Of a stretch of DNA of 64,000 bases, positions 47,872 through 57,346 are shown one piece after another. The stretch comes from Promethearchaeota archaeon. Its GTDB lineage: Archaea; Asgardarchaeota; Lokiarchaeia; Sigyniarchaeales; SOKP01. The stretch covers positions 192,001 to 256,000 of the forward strand of contig JAUVNS010000004.1 of the NCBI GenBank assembly GCA_030599585.1, read 5' to 3'. Position 1 is the first letter of the stretch. The number at the start of each line of letters is the position of its first letter. The notes below the pieces were generated by a model, which worked only from the letters and a program-made list of their open reading frames with translations, was not told the DNA's origin and did no database searches. Position numbers and translations under genes: made by a program.

Positions 47872-48894
47872 TTAAGAGATATTTGCACATAACTTTTTTA
47901 ATATTTCTTCCGCTTTTTTTGAGAAAGTAGTTATAATATCGCCAACATCTATTATGGAATCGATCATTCCACAAGTTTGCCCAACAGGTATTGCTCCATC
48001 TTCTACATCTCCTTTAGTATACACGATCTCGTAGCGATAAAGATCTTCTAAAAATGCATCCATATCTAATGATAATTCTTGAGCGATTTTCTCTTCTTTT
48101 GTGATGAGTTTTCCATGTTCAAGGCAATATTTATTTTTCAATAACCTAATCGGACCAAAACCACCAGTGGTGAGCATAGTATCTCGAGCTGTTGCTGGTG
48201 GAATTAAAGCTTTGTAATTTGGGTGGAACTCGCTTTCAGTAGAAGCGATAAACCGTGTTCCCATTGCAACTGCATCTGCCCCCATAGCTATTCCTGCGGC
48301 TACACTTTCCGGATTTGCAATCCCTCCGCAAGCAACTAACAGTTTTTCGGGGTATTTTTGAGCAACTTGTGAAACAAGAACCATTGTAGTAATTCCTTCA
48401 TAGCTCTGATGACCGCCCCCTTCAGTTCCCGTCGCACATACACCATCACAGCCCGCTGCAAACGATTTATCTACTAACCATAAAGCAGGAGAAACGTGGA
48501 AATGTTTCACATCTGGAGTTTTCTCTTTCAACAACTTACTTGCAAATTTTGAACCTCCAGCACTCGTAATAATGTAAACTAATTGTTCGCGAAGTTTTGG
48601 ATTTTGTTTAATATTTTGAATAATTTTCCTTAACATTATTTTATGATCAGTTTGTATTCGAGCTGTTCTAACATTTACACCAAACGGTTTATCGGTGTGT
48701 TCAAGCACATATTCTAACTGTGCTATCATGTCTTTAACAGAATTTTTCCCCCGTAAAGTCGCATGACTTAATACTCCAAGCCCCCCTACTTCAGAAACGG
48801 CAACAGTTAACTTAGTGGTGTAAAAAGGTCCCATCGGAGCGCTTATAATAGGATATTTGATCCCAAATAATTCAGTTAATCTTGTCTTTATCAT
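47872..48894 (-). CDS. Nitronate monooxygenase / FabK-like FMN oxidoreductase
   Basis: YPIISAPMG, GTEGGGH, ACGGI, MGTRFIASTES. Confidence 0.92.
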   Translation of the reverse strand: MIKTRLTELFGIKYPIISAPMGPFYTTKLTVAVSEVGGLGVLSHATLRGKNSVKDMIAQLEYVLEHTDKPFGVNVRTARIQTDHKIMLRKIIQNIKQNPKLREQLVYIITSAGGSKFASKLLKEKTPDVKHFHVSPALWLVDKSFAAGCDGVCATGTEGGGHQSYEGITTMVLVSQVAQKYPEKLLVACGGIANPESVAAGIAMGADAVAMGTRFIASTESEFHPNYKALIPPATARDTMLTTGGFGPIRLLKNKYCLEHGKLITKEEKIAQELSLDMDAFLEDLYRYEIVYTKGDVEDGAIPVGQTCGMIDSIIDVGDIITTFSKKAEEILKKLCANIS

Positions 48895-49057
48895 CTTTTT
48901 TCCTACATAGATTTCATTATATGATAGTTAATACTACCCTTTTGGGATTAAAAAATCTTTTTTATATCTCTATAAAATTGTCTAAAATTAGTAAAAAATA
49001 TTTTAAGGAATAAAAATTGGATGTTATTAACTAAGCTTACTATCATAAGTGATTTTA

Positions 49058-50473
49058 ATGGAGTATGAAGAAATACAAGAACGATTAAAAATAATAACGA
49101 ATACCCCTATCAAACTAATTCCAGATGACGATATGGCAAAAATCCGTAAGGATATGGCAAAAAAATGCCCGATTACAAAAGAAATGGACAAACAATTTAG
49201 AACACACATTGCGGGGGGAACAGAACATCAATTAGCAATTAAAGATCCATTCGTTCTTACTATCAAGCGTTCTTCTGGAACTCGAATGTGGGATATGGAT
49301 GATAATGAATACATTGATTGGTTGATGAGCTCGGGAGCTTGTATGCTGGGACACAATTTTCTTCCATTAAAAGATGAAATAATCAAAGTCTACCATGATT
49401 TAGACCCAAACATTTATTATAATAATGAATGGGAAATAAAATCGGTAGAGATGATAAAAAAGTATGTGCCATCTATAGAATTAATGCAGTATTTTCAATC
49501 GGGCACTGAAGCCGATATGGCAGCTCTTCGAATAGCAAGAGCCTTCACAAAAAAGGAGAAAATTATTAAATGTGCAGGTTCTTATCATGGTTGGTGCGGA
49601 CAATTATGTGTAGATATGCATGTTCCCTTTTCAGGCGCCATGGAGGCACATGGTATTCCTAGTGGAGTTTATAAAAATACGCTAGTAGTTCCTTTGAATG
49701 ATGTTAAAGCTCTCGAAGATTCCTTAAAGAAGTGGACAGAGAAAAGAAGTGGGGTAGCAGCCGTATTAGTTGATCCTCTGGGAGGTGATGCTGGTGGCTT
49801 AGCAACGAAAAAAGATTGGCTCAGATCGGTAAGAGAGTTATGCGATAAATATAATGTTCTTTTGATTTTTGACGAAGTAATCACAGGATTTAGGTTAGGC
49901 ATGGGTGGAGCTCAAGAATATTTCAAGATAAAACCAGATTTAACTCTTTTTGGTAAATTACTTACGCATGGGTTTCCAAGCTCCGGAGCTGTTGGTGGTC
50001 GTAAAGATGTTATGAACAATTTGACCATAAGTGTGGAACCTGGAGGAAATAAAGCTTTTGTGGGTGGAACCTTAAGAGGTAACCCCTTAACCGCAGCATC
50101 TACCTATTGGACATTAAAACTTATGGAGGAACATAAAGCTCACGAGAAAGCTAAGAATGCCGCGGAAGATCTTGTTAAAAAATTGAACCTTTTATTTGAA
50201 AACGACGGAAGACCATATTTTGCACACAATATCGAATCTATAGTTCATTTTGAAACGTTTTCTCCTTTAGCTTTGGACCTTTCAGACATAAACAATGTTG
50301 AAATTATCATGAAGCGAGCAGAAGGGGTCGATCGTATAGCAACAGCTTTACTCTCTCAAGGAATTATAACAAAATATGGAAATCGAGGTTTTACCTGTAT
50401 GCAACACACAAATGAGGAAAACGATAAATTTATCGATGCCTTTGAAAATGTATTACAAATGATTCCTAAATAA
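49058..50473 (+). CDS. Class III PLP aminotransferase, glutamate-1-semialdehyde aminomutase-like
   Basis: SGTEA, GSYHG, LIFDEVITGFRL, PDLTLFGK, GTLRGNP. Confidence 0.88.
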   Translation: MEYEEIQERLKIITNTPIKLIPDDDMAKIRKDMAKKCPITKEMDKQFRTHIAGGTEHQLAIKDPFVLTIKRSSGTRMWDMDDNEYIDWLMSSGACMLGHNFLPLKDEIIKVYHDLDPNIYYNNEWEIKSVEMIKKYVPSIELMQYFQSGTEADMAALRIARAFTKKEKIIKCAGSYHGWCGQLCVDMHVPFSGAMEAHGIPSGVYKNTLVVPLNDVKALEDSLKKWTEKRSGVAAVLVDPLGGDAGGLATKKDWLRSVRELCDKYNVLLIFDEVITGFRLGMGGAQEYFKIKPDLTLFGKLLTHGFPSSGAVGGRKDVMNNLTISVEPGGNKAFVGGTLRGNPLTAASTYWTLKLMEEHKAHEKAKNAAEDLVKKLNLLFENDGRPYFAHNIESIVHFETFSPLALDLSDINNVEIIMKRAEGVDRIATALLSQGIITKYGNRGFTCMQHTNEENDKFIDAFENVLQMIPK

Positions 50474-50572
50474 CTCTGAATAGCTCAAGCTTAGGTCGTA
50501 AATTCTAAAGATTTGAGGCATAAAAGGGAAATAAAATGCAACATCTTCCATAAATCGATTCTTTTTCGTTAA

Positions 50573-51364
50573 TCAAATGTATTTCTGATGTAACTCTCTT
50601 ATAAAATCATCTATTTCCTTTAAGTCTTTAACGCTGTTATCATACGCCACCTTCCCGCATTCATCTTCTAAGTCAAAATATGCTTTAATACGACCTTTTT
50701 CCATAATAGTTAGCATTGATTTTAAGAAGATTGAGAATTTTGGTTGATATTTACTGATTTCTTTTGCAAAAGCAACGGTTTCTGTGTCCAATTTATCGAA
50801 TGGAAAAATTCTTGCAGGGAAATTAATATTTTTTAGTTCTGTTACTCCTATTTTATCTGTAGTATAAAGCAAATTTTTAGCATAGTTGAAACCAAACGCC
50901 ATTAAAGGCAATAATGTTGCTCCCGTCTGTGGAAATGCTGAAATTGCAAGTTCTGGTAACCTTAAATATAAATCTTCTATTGGCCTGTCTGCAAACACCT
51001 TCAAATCAGAAGCTAATATCATCATTACTCCAAAACCAATGGCAATGCCCTGAATTTGCGTAATTATCGGTTTTTTCATAAGAAGCATTGTTTCATTAAC
51101 CTTTCTTCCCCACTGTTGAATAATAGCGACATTTAATGGATCACCCTGAATTTCTTTTAAATCGTAACCCGCAGAAAAGAATCTTTGCCCAGTACTTTTT
51201 ATCAAAATACATCTAACTTTTTCATCGTCATCTGCTTTAATCAACTTTGCGTGAAGAGACTTTAACATATCCCCGTTAAATGAATGTGCTTTTTCTGGCC
51301 TGTTAATTGTGATTATTGCGATACGACCTCTCAATTCATACAAAATTAAATCTTGATTGCTCAT
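50573..51364 (-). CDS. Enoyl-CoA hydratase/isomerase (crotonase) family
   Basis: ITINRPEK, FSAGYDL, KPII..I.G.AIG.G, LPE. Confidence 0.9.
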   Translation of the reverse strand: MSNQDLILYELRGRIAIITINRPEKAHSFNGDMLKSLHAKLIKADDDEKVRCILIKSTGQRFFSAGYDLKEIQGDPLNVAIIQQWGRKVNETMLLMKKPIITQIQGIAIGFGVMMILASDLKVFADRPIEDLYLRLPELAISAFPQTGATLLPLMAFGFNYAKNLLYTTDKIGVTELKNINFPARIFPFDKLDTETVAFAKEISKYQPKFSIFLKSMLTIMEKGRIKAYFDLEDECGKVAYDNSVKDLKEIDDFIRELHQKYI

Positions 51365-51511
51365 ACGATTAGTAAATTGAAATTTTATTTAAAAGATATC
51401 ATTAAGAAGCTAATTTAGTCTTCACCATAAATAAGTTTAATTTTAAATATGGATGAAAAATTGACATAAATACCAAAACAAATTTTAAGCAATATTATCT
51501 TCAGGACGATA

Positions 51512-52207
51512 ATGCGTAAACTGACGAAAAATCGAGTAATCAAATTCATTCGAGATAATGGTGGGTATTTTGGAATTATAGGAGCAATATCGATGGCACT
51601 ATCGGCTGTAATATCATATTTTTTGAACTCTTCTGTGAATCATAGTTTCAATATAGTATCATATGCAGTGAGCGATTTAGTATCAGGACCAATGATCTCA
51701 AGTGTTATTTTCACTGTTGGAATATTGATCTCTAGCTTTTCTCAAATACCTACATATATCTCTTTAATAAATTATTTTAAATATAAGGAGAGTTCCATTA
51801 TTTTGTTCAAAGTTATCGTACTCAGTTCCCTAATTTCAGTTATTAGCCATAATATCTTAAGTTTAGTTCCTTTAAATAGGAATGTTTTGCCTTTATTCCT
51901 AACTCATGGGATTGCTGCAGGAATTCACTATGTAGTAGGTTCAGTATCTTTAATTTTAATTGGTATAATTGAACTTCTAAAAATAATGTCTTCCAAGATT
52001 TTAGTGGTTATATCATTTATATCTGGGGCATTATATAGTATGGTTTGGATAAGATATTTTATTTCTTTGATAGTTGGAAAACCAGATATTTTGATGAATA
52101 ATTCGATTCAATGGTTCACACTTGCTGGAATTATCCTATGGTCGCTATTTCACGGTATATTTTTAATCAAAGCTAAAAAGCGAGACTTCGACAATACAAG
52201 AATTTAA
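51512..52207 (+). CDS. DUF998-like membrane protein
   Basis: AVSDL after first TM, TH..AA, late QW; ~6 TM. Confidence 0.65.
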   Translation: MRKLTKNRVIKFIRDNGGYFGIIGAISMALSAVISYFLNSSVNHSFNIVSYAVSDLVSGPMISSVIFTVGILISSFSQIPTYISLINYFKYKESSIILFKVIVLSSLISVISHNILSLVPLNRNVLPLFLTHGIAAGIHYVVGSVSLILIGIIELLKIMSSKILVVISFISGALYSMVWIRYFISLIVGKPDILMNNSIQWFTLAGIILWSLFHGIFLIKAKKRDFDNTRI

Positions 52208-52321
52208 GAAATCTCTTTTTTATATTCAATTTTCATGTCGTTATAACATTAATTAACTAACGAATCTAATATAAATATATTTTAAACCAAATTAAACAAA
52301 AAATAAATATATGTGAAAAAT

Positions 52322-53578
52322 ATGAAGAAAGTTGCGATAATCGGGATAGGTATTACTCCTTTTAGAGCGCGCTATTTAGATAAAACATACTTTGAGCTCG
52401 CTTACGATGGGACAAAGCTTGCTTTGGAAGATGCGAACAAAAATGGGGCGGAAATCACCCATAAAGATTTAGAATCTACGGTATATGGTATATACAACGA
52501 GTTATTTGAGCGACAATTCATGCCAGATATCTTTATAAATTCTTACATCGGTATGAACAATAAACCAGGAACTCGAATAGCTTCTGGGGGCGCTACTGGC
52601 GGTTATACAGTGAGAATGGCTTACGCGGAAGTAGCCTCAGGGCTGTCTGATCTATGTCTTTGTCTTGGAGTGGAGAAATGTAACGATTGTTATGACGAAC
52701 AAACTGGTGTAACTACCCCTGAAGTTTTAAACGCAATCGCTTATTCAGCAGACATGACATACGAATATCCAATGGGCATGATGGCAGCTAGCTCTTATGT
52801 TTCAATGGTTAACGCCCATTACGAAGAATTTGGAAACCCGACCGAAGAACAAATGGCATATGTGAGTATTAAAAATCACGGAAATGCCATGTTAAATCCT
52901 AAAGCTCAATCTCCTATGCTTGTGACCGTGGAGGAGGTCTTAAACTCCCGAATAATATGTTTCCCTTTCAAGCTGCTTGACTGTTGCTTGTACTCCGAGG
53001 CTTCAGCTGCACTGATTTTAGCAAATGAAGATAAAGTGAAAGAGTTAGGGGTTGAAAATCCTATTTGGATTACGGGGGTAGGTGCAGCTAACACTGATTG
53101 TTTTATTGGAAATCGAGAAGATATGGGGCGGCTATATTCGAATATCTATGCAGCGAAAGCAGCATACAAAATGGCTGGTTTGGATTATAACAATATTAAG
53201 AGCCAGATTGACTTAGCAGAGCTACATGATGCTTTTTCTGGTCAAGAAGTTATAAGTTATGAGGAGCTTGGATTCGTACCTTTCGGAGAGGGTGGTTCGT
53301 GGATAAAGAAAACATTTGAAAAACCTGGAGAGGGCCCTTGGTTGGAAGGGGAACTCCCTTGTTGTCCTTCAGGGGGTTTGATAGGTTGCGGACACGCTGT
53401 TGGTGCAACTGGGATTATGAGTACTGGAGAGGCTGCTCTTCAATTAAGAGAAGAAGCTGGAAAGCATCAAGTATCAATTGAAAAGGGTCGAGCGATATCT
53501 CATTCAATAGGAGGTCCTGGTGCAGCTTATGCTGCCGTAATTGTAATGACAAACGAGGAGGGGTTGAAAAAACCATGA
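52322..53578 (+). CDS. SCP2-type thiolase-fold protein lacking the nucleophilic Cys
   Basis: KNHGNA..NP.AQ, DCC..SE, AELHDAF, SGGLIG.GHAVGATG; SGGATG where thiolases have ACASG. Confidence 0.9.
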   Translation: MKKVAIIGIGITPFRARYLDKTYFELAYDGTKLALEDANKNGAEITHKDLESTVYGIYNELFERQFMPDIFINSYIGMNNKPGTRIASGGATGGYTVRMAYAEVASGLSDLCLCLGVEKCNDCYDEQTGVTTPEVLNAIAYSADMTYEYPMGMMAASSYVSMVNAHYEEFGNPTEEQMAYVSIKNHGNAMLNPKAQSPMLVTVEEVLNSRIICFPFKLLDCCLYSEASAALILANEDKVKELGVENPIWITGVGAANTDCFIGNREDMGRLYSNIYAAKAAYKMAGLDYNNIKSQIDLAELHDAFSGQEVISYEELGFVPFGEGGSWIKKTFEKPGEGPWLEGELPCCPSGGLIGCGHAVGATGIMSTGEAALQLREEAGKHQVSIEKGRAISHSIGGPGAAYAAVIVMTNEEGLKKP

Positions 53579-54069
53579 GTGAAGAGTTTCAAGACCATCA
53601 AATTCGGGATGTAATAAAGATTAATTACAAATATACGATGGGGGGGCAATCAAAGTTTTTTATAGAGTTGAAGAATAATAAGCGATTGTTAGGTACAAAA
53701 TGTACAAAATGCGGTAAAACTTGGATGCCACCTAGGATTAATTGCTCGGATTGTTACGAACCTGCAGATTGGGTGGAACTTAAACAAGCTGGAACTATTG
53801 AAGTGAGCACTATAGTATGGTATACTACTTCCGCTTTTATTAAAGCAATACCTTACGGCATTGGATATATAAGATTAGATGGAGCGGAGACCGCATTACT
53901 TCAAGGTATTTTTTCAGAAAATTTGGTCCCTTCAAAAATCAAAAAAGGCAAACGAGTTAGAGCAGTATTTAACAAGCAGAGGGATGGGAAAATGACGGAT
54001 TTCTTTTTTGTTCCAGAGGATGAGTATGATAATTGGATTTTAAAACCAGAATACGAGGGAGGCGTGTAG
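53575..54069 (+). CDS. DUF35 zinc-ribbon/OB-fold protein
   Basis: GTKCTKCG...PPR..CSDC; ATGA overlap with thiolase gene. Confidence 0.92.
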   Translation: MSEEFQDHQIRDVIKINYKYTMGGQSKFFIELKNNKRLLGTKCTKCGKTWMPPRINCSDCYEPADWVELKQAGTIEVSTIVWYTTSAFIKAIPYGIGYIRLDGAETALLQGIFSENLVPSKIKKGKRVRAVFNKQRDGKMTDFFFVPEDEYDNWILKPEYEGGV

Positions 54070-54071
54070 AA

Positions 54072-54443
54072 ATGGGACAAGCAAAAGAAAACTTAATGAA
54101 AATCGTTGAGAAAATGAACGAAAATCCAAAAGCTCAAGCCGTATTTGTGACGAATATTGCTGGGAAAGATGTAGATTGGGAGATGTCTTTCCAGTTTAAT
54201 CTTAATAAAGACGAACCCTTCTCTTTGGAAATAAAAAACCAAAAAAGTAAAGTTTTAGACGGAACCAAATCTGAAGCACTTATAATAATGTCTGGAAAAT
54301 CTGATGCTATCGTGAGAATTTGTGAAGGAAAAGGAGATTTTACGCACGCAATATCTCGCGAAGAGATTTTAGTAGAGAAAGGTAGTGTCATGGATGTAAT
54401 TCGTCTTACAAGAGCAATCACAATCGTTCTAAAAACTAGATAA
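54072..54443 (+). CDS. SCP2 sterol/lipid-binding domain protein
   Basis: GGAGG SD + ATG 54072; SCP2-like pattern and context. Confidence 0.75.
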   Translation: MGQAKENLMKIVEKMNENPKAQAVFVTNIAGKDVDWEMSFQFNLNKDEPFSLEIKNQKSKVLDGTKSEALIIMSGKSDAIVRICEGKGDFTHAISREEILVEKGSVMDVIRLTRAITIVLKTR

Positions 54444-54561
54444 CAGCGAAAGTTTGTTTATATCCAAATTCTCATTTTTTTTCCATAAAAATGTCTATTT
54501 TTTTTTAACAAATTATATTTGAAGAATTATTGGAAGATTTAGTTTATTTATAAGAACGATT

Positions 54562-54590
54562 AAAAAAAAAAACGAAATGGATTCATTTCA
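54562..54590 (-). terminator. Hairpin plus U11 closing the arg operon
   Basis: minus strand GAAATG-AATC-CATTTC-G then T11. Confidence 0.7.
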
Positions 54591-54613
54591 TTTATAAATT
54601 GAGGATCAAAGAA

Positions 54614-54904
54614 TTAACCAGGATAATCATTTTTGGATCCCATCAGAGTGGTTGTTTCTTCGATCCATTTAGATAGGTCTTTATCAATTCGACAAAAGGT
54701 AACAATTTGGTCTAAATCCTTAAGTTTATTAAACGAACATTCTACGATCACATCCCAGGCACCATAAAGCGGAGTGGCATATGTAATCTTCCAATCCTCT
54801 TCTAGTTCTGTTGATTTTAGACCTTGTAGTTTATCTACAACCTTCCACTCAGTACCAATTACTTTTAATCTTATTAATATATACCCACGATAATACATTT
54901 TCAT
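54614..54904 (-). CDS. Stand-alone Lrp/AsnC ligand-binding (RAM) domain protein
   Basis: GYILI...LYGAWDVIV...IEETTTL, no HTH; AGGTGA SD 16 nt after argG. Confidence 0.8.
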   Translation of the reverse strand: MKMYYRGYILIRLKVIGTEWKVVDKLQGLKSTELEEDWKITYATPLYGAWDVIVECSFNKLKDLDQIVTFCRIDKDLSKWIEETTTLMGSKNDYPG

Positions 54905-54920
54905 TTTTCACCTTCTTTTC

Positions 54921-56237
54921 TTATTTTTTAACAAATTTATTTTTTCTTATATACTCGTAATTTAATTTTGTTGCTTGAGAATTTTTTTTTAACTTCTCTA
55001 TTGAATTAATTGTGTTTTTGACTTGAAATCCAATCTCACTTTGTAAACCCCATAAAGGTATAAACCCATAACTATATTTTTGATTAAAATTACTGTTCGT
55101 ATCGTAAGTCGCCAAATTTAAATCATATAACCCATAAGGAGATTCTCTGGAAACAACAGTAGCACTCCCTTTATATAATTTCAATTTTACATTGCCGGTC
55201 ACTTTTTGATTAACAACGTTAATGAAAGATTCTAATGCGTCTCTTAATGGGTCGACCCATAAGCCCTCATAAATTAATTCGGTCCATCTTTGATCAACAA
55301 TAGTTTTAAATGAATTTTCATGTTTTGTACATACAAATTTTTCAAGATCTTTATGAGCTTTAATTAAAATTGAAGCTGCAGGAACTTCATATACTTCTCG
55401 TGATTTTAATCCAATTGCGCGATCTTCCATATGGTTGACCCTTCCTATTCCATGTTTACAACCAATATTATGCAAATTTCTGATTAATTCAACACTATTA
55501 ATAGTTACACCATTTAAACTGACTGGTACGCCTTTTTCAAAATCAATTTGGATATATTCAGGAGTATCCGGAGCATTTTCTGGTGATGTTGTCCAAGCAT
55601 TACAATCTTCTGGCGGTTCAATTTCAGGATGTTCTAAGATATCACATTCTGCACTCCTTCCAAAAAGATTCTCATCAATACTATATTTTTTATTTTCCTT
55701 TTTAATCGGAATTCCATGGTACTGGGCATATTTTATTTCTTCGTCTCTGCCCATATCCCATTCAATTAAAGGTTGCAATATTTCTATATCAGGAGCATAA
55801 GCTCTTATTGTCACATTAAACCTTATTTGATCATTTCCTTTACCCGTGCATCCATGAGCTATTGTTTGAATTTTCTCCTGCTTTGCTATTTTTATTGCTT
55901 CTATAGCTATTAATGGTCTTCCTATTGCCGTACTTAGAGGATAAATTCCTTGGTATAAACCGTTTGCTTTAATAGTTGGAAAGACAAATTCATTTACAAA
56001 TTTATCTTTTAAATCAATCGTGAAGTGTTTAACTGCACCTAAGTTAGCGGCTTTTTCTTCAATTTCGTCAAATCTGGAAGGATCGGCAAATTCTTGGCCG
56101 AGATCTGCTGTGAAAGTATAAATTTTTGATTTATAATTCTCTTGTAACCACTTTATCATACAAGAAGTATCCAACCCCCCAGAAAACATTAACAATATTT
56201 TCTCATACTCTTCTTTATTAGGTCCTAATTTACTCAT
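54921..56237 (-). CDS. argG: Argininosuccinate synthase
   Basis: FSGGLDTS, YPLSTAIGRP, HGCTGKGNDQIRF, YSIDENLFGRS. Confidence 0.97.
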   Translation of the reverse strand: MSKLGPNKEEYEKILLMFSGGLDTSCMIKWLQENYKSKIYTFTADLGQEFADPSRFDEIEEKAANLGAVKHFTIDLKDKFVNEFVFPTIKANGLYQGIYPLSTAIGRPLIAIEAIKIAKQEKIQTIAHGCTGKGNDQIRFNVTIRAYAPDIEILQPLIEWDMGRDEEIKYAQYHGIPIKKENKKYSIDENLFGRSAECDILEHPEIEPPEDCNAWTTSPENAPDTPEYIQIDFEKGVPVSLNGVTINSVELIRNLHNIGCKHGIGRVNHMEDRAIGLKSREVYEVPAASILIKAHKDLEKFVCTKHENSFKTIVDQRWTELIYEGLWVDPLRDALESFINVVNQKVTGNVKLKLYKGSATVVSRESPYGLYDLNLATYDTNSNFNQKYSYGFIPLWGLQSEIGFQVKNTINSIEKLKKNSQATKLNYEYIRKNKFVKK

Positions 56238-56287
56238 AATTACTCAATTTTTCTCAATTTTTAAATTTTCCTTTAAAAAATCATTTT

Positions 56288-57337
56288 TTAAACAGGAAAC
56301 ATAGGAATTGATTTCAATCCCATATTCTCTCCTAAGTTAAACATTAAATTCATATTTTGAACAGCCTGTCCTGCTGCCCCCTTAACTAAATTATCAATTG
56401 CTCCTATAATAATTATTTTATTGGCACTTTTATTTAATGTAAATCCTATATCACAATAATTTGAACCCTTAATCCATTTTGTTTCAGGAAATACACCTTT
56501 CTTTGTCAAACGAATAAAAAATTCATTCTGATAATATTTTTCGTAGAATTGTTCAATTTCATCGTAACTAAATGAATTCTTGAGATTTCCATAACATGTA
56601 CATAAAATTCCTCGATTCATTGGTATAAGATGCGGCGTGAAAGTTACTGATATCTCATTTCCATATAATTCACTTAGTTGTTGTTCGATTTCTGGTGTAT
56701 GTCGATGAGAATTTACACTGTAGGCTTTTATAGATTCGTTACATTCCGAGAAATGTGTTGTAAGATTTAAAGAACGCCCTGCTCCTGATACTCCTGATTT
56801 TGCATCAATAATTATGCTATCATCCTCTAAAATTCCTTCTTTGATAAGAGGTAGAAGGCACAGTAAAGCACATGTTGGATAACAACCAGGGTTGGCAACT
56901 AATCTTGATTCTTTTATTTGTTTTCTTTTCCATTCACTAAGCCCGTAAACAGCCTGATTCAACAAATTTTTATTATTATGTTTAATCTTATACCACACCT
57001 CATATACTTCTTCAGATTTTAATCGAAAATCGGCACTCAGGTCGATAATCTTCACATTTTTTAAAATGGAATCTGATAATAATTTAGAAGTAACTCCATG
57101 AGGCAAAGATAAAAAAATAACGTCAAGTTGTTTCGCTATAGTTTCGAGTTCATTCTCTTCACATTTCAGTTCGCATATTTTGTCAAAATTTCCATAAATT
57201 GAATTATAAACTTGACTATTGTGTTTATTAGAAGACAATACTTTAATCTCTACTTCAGGATGGTGATATAATATTCTTACTAATTCTTGTCCTGCATATC
57301 CCGTTGCTCCCAATATACCTGCCTTAATCATCCTCAT
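56288..57337 (-). CDS. argC: N-acetyl-gamma-glutamyl-phosphate reductase
   Basis: GATGYAG, IDLSADFRL, ANPGCYPT, DNLVKGAAGQAVQN; start may be 57331. Confidence 0.97.
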   Translation of the reverse strand: MRMIKAGILGATGYAGQELVRILYHHPEVEIKVLSSNKHNSQVYNSIYGNFDKICELKCEENELETIAKQLDVIFLSLPHGVTSKLLSDSILKNVKIIDLSADFRLKSEEVYEVWYKIKHNNKNLLNQAVYGLSEWKRKQIKESRLVANPGCYPTCALLCLLPLIKEGILEDDSIIIDAKSGVSGAGRSLNLTTHFSECNESIKAYSVNSHRHTPEIEQQLSELYGNEISVTFTPHLIPMNRGILCTCYGNLKNSFSYDEIEQFYEKYYQNEFFIRLTKKGVFPETKWIKGSNYCDIGFTLNKSANKIIIIGAIDNLVKGAAGQAVQNMNLMFNLGENMGLKSIPMFPV

Positions 57338-57346
57338 AAACCTCTA

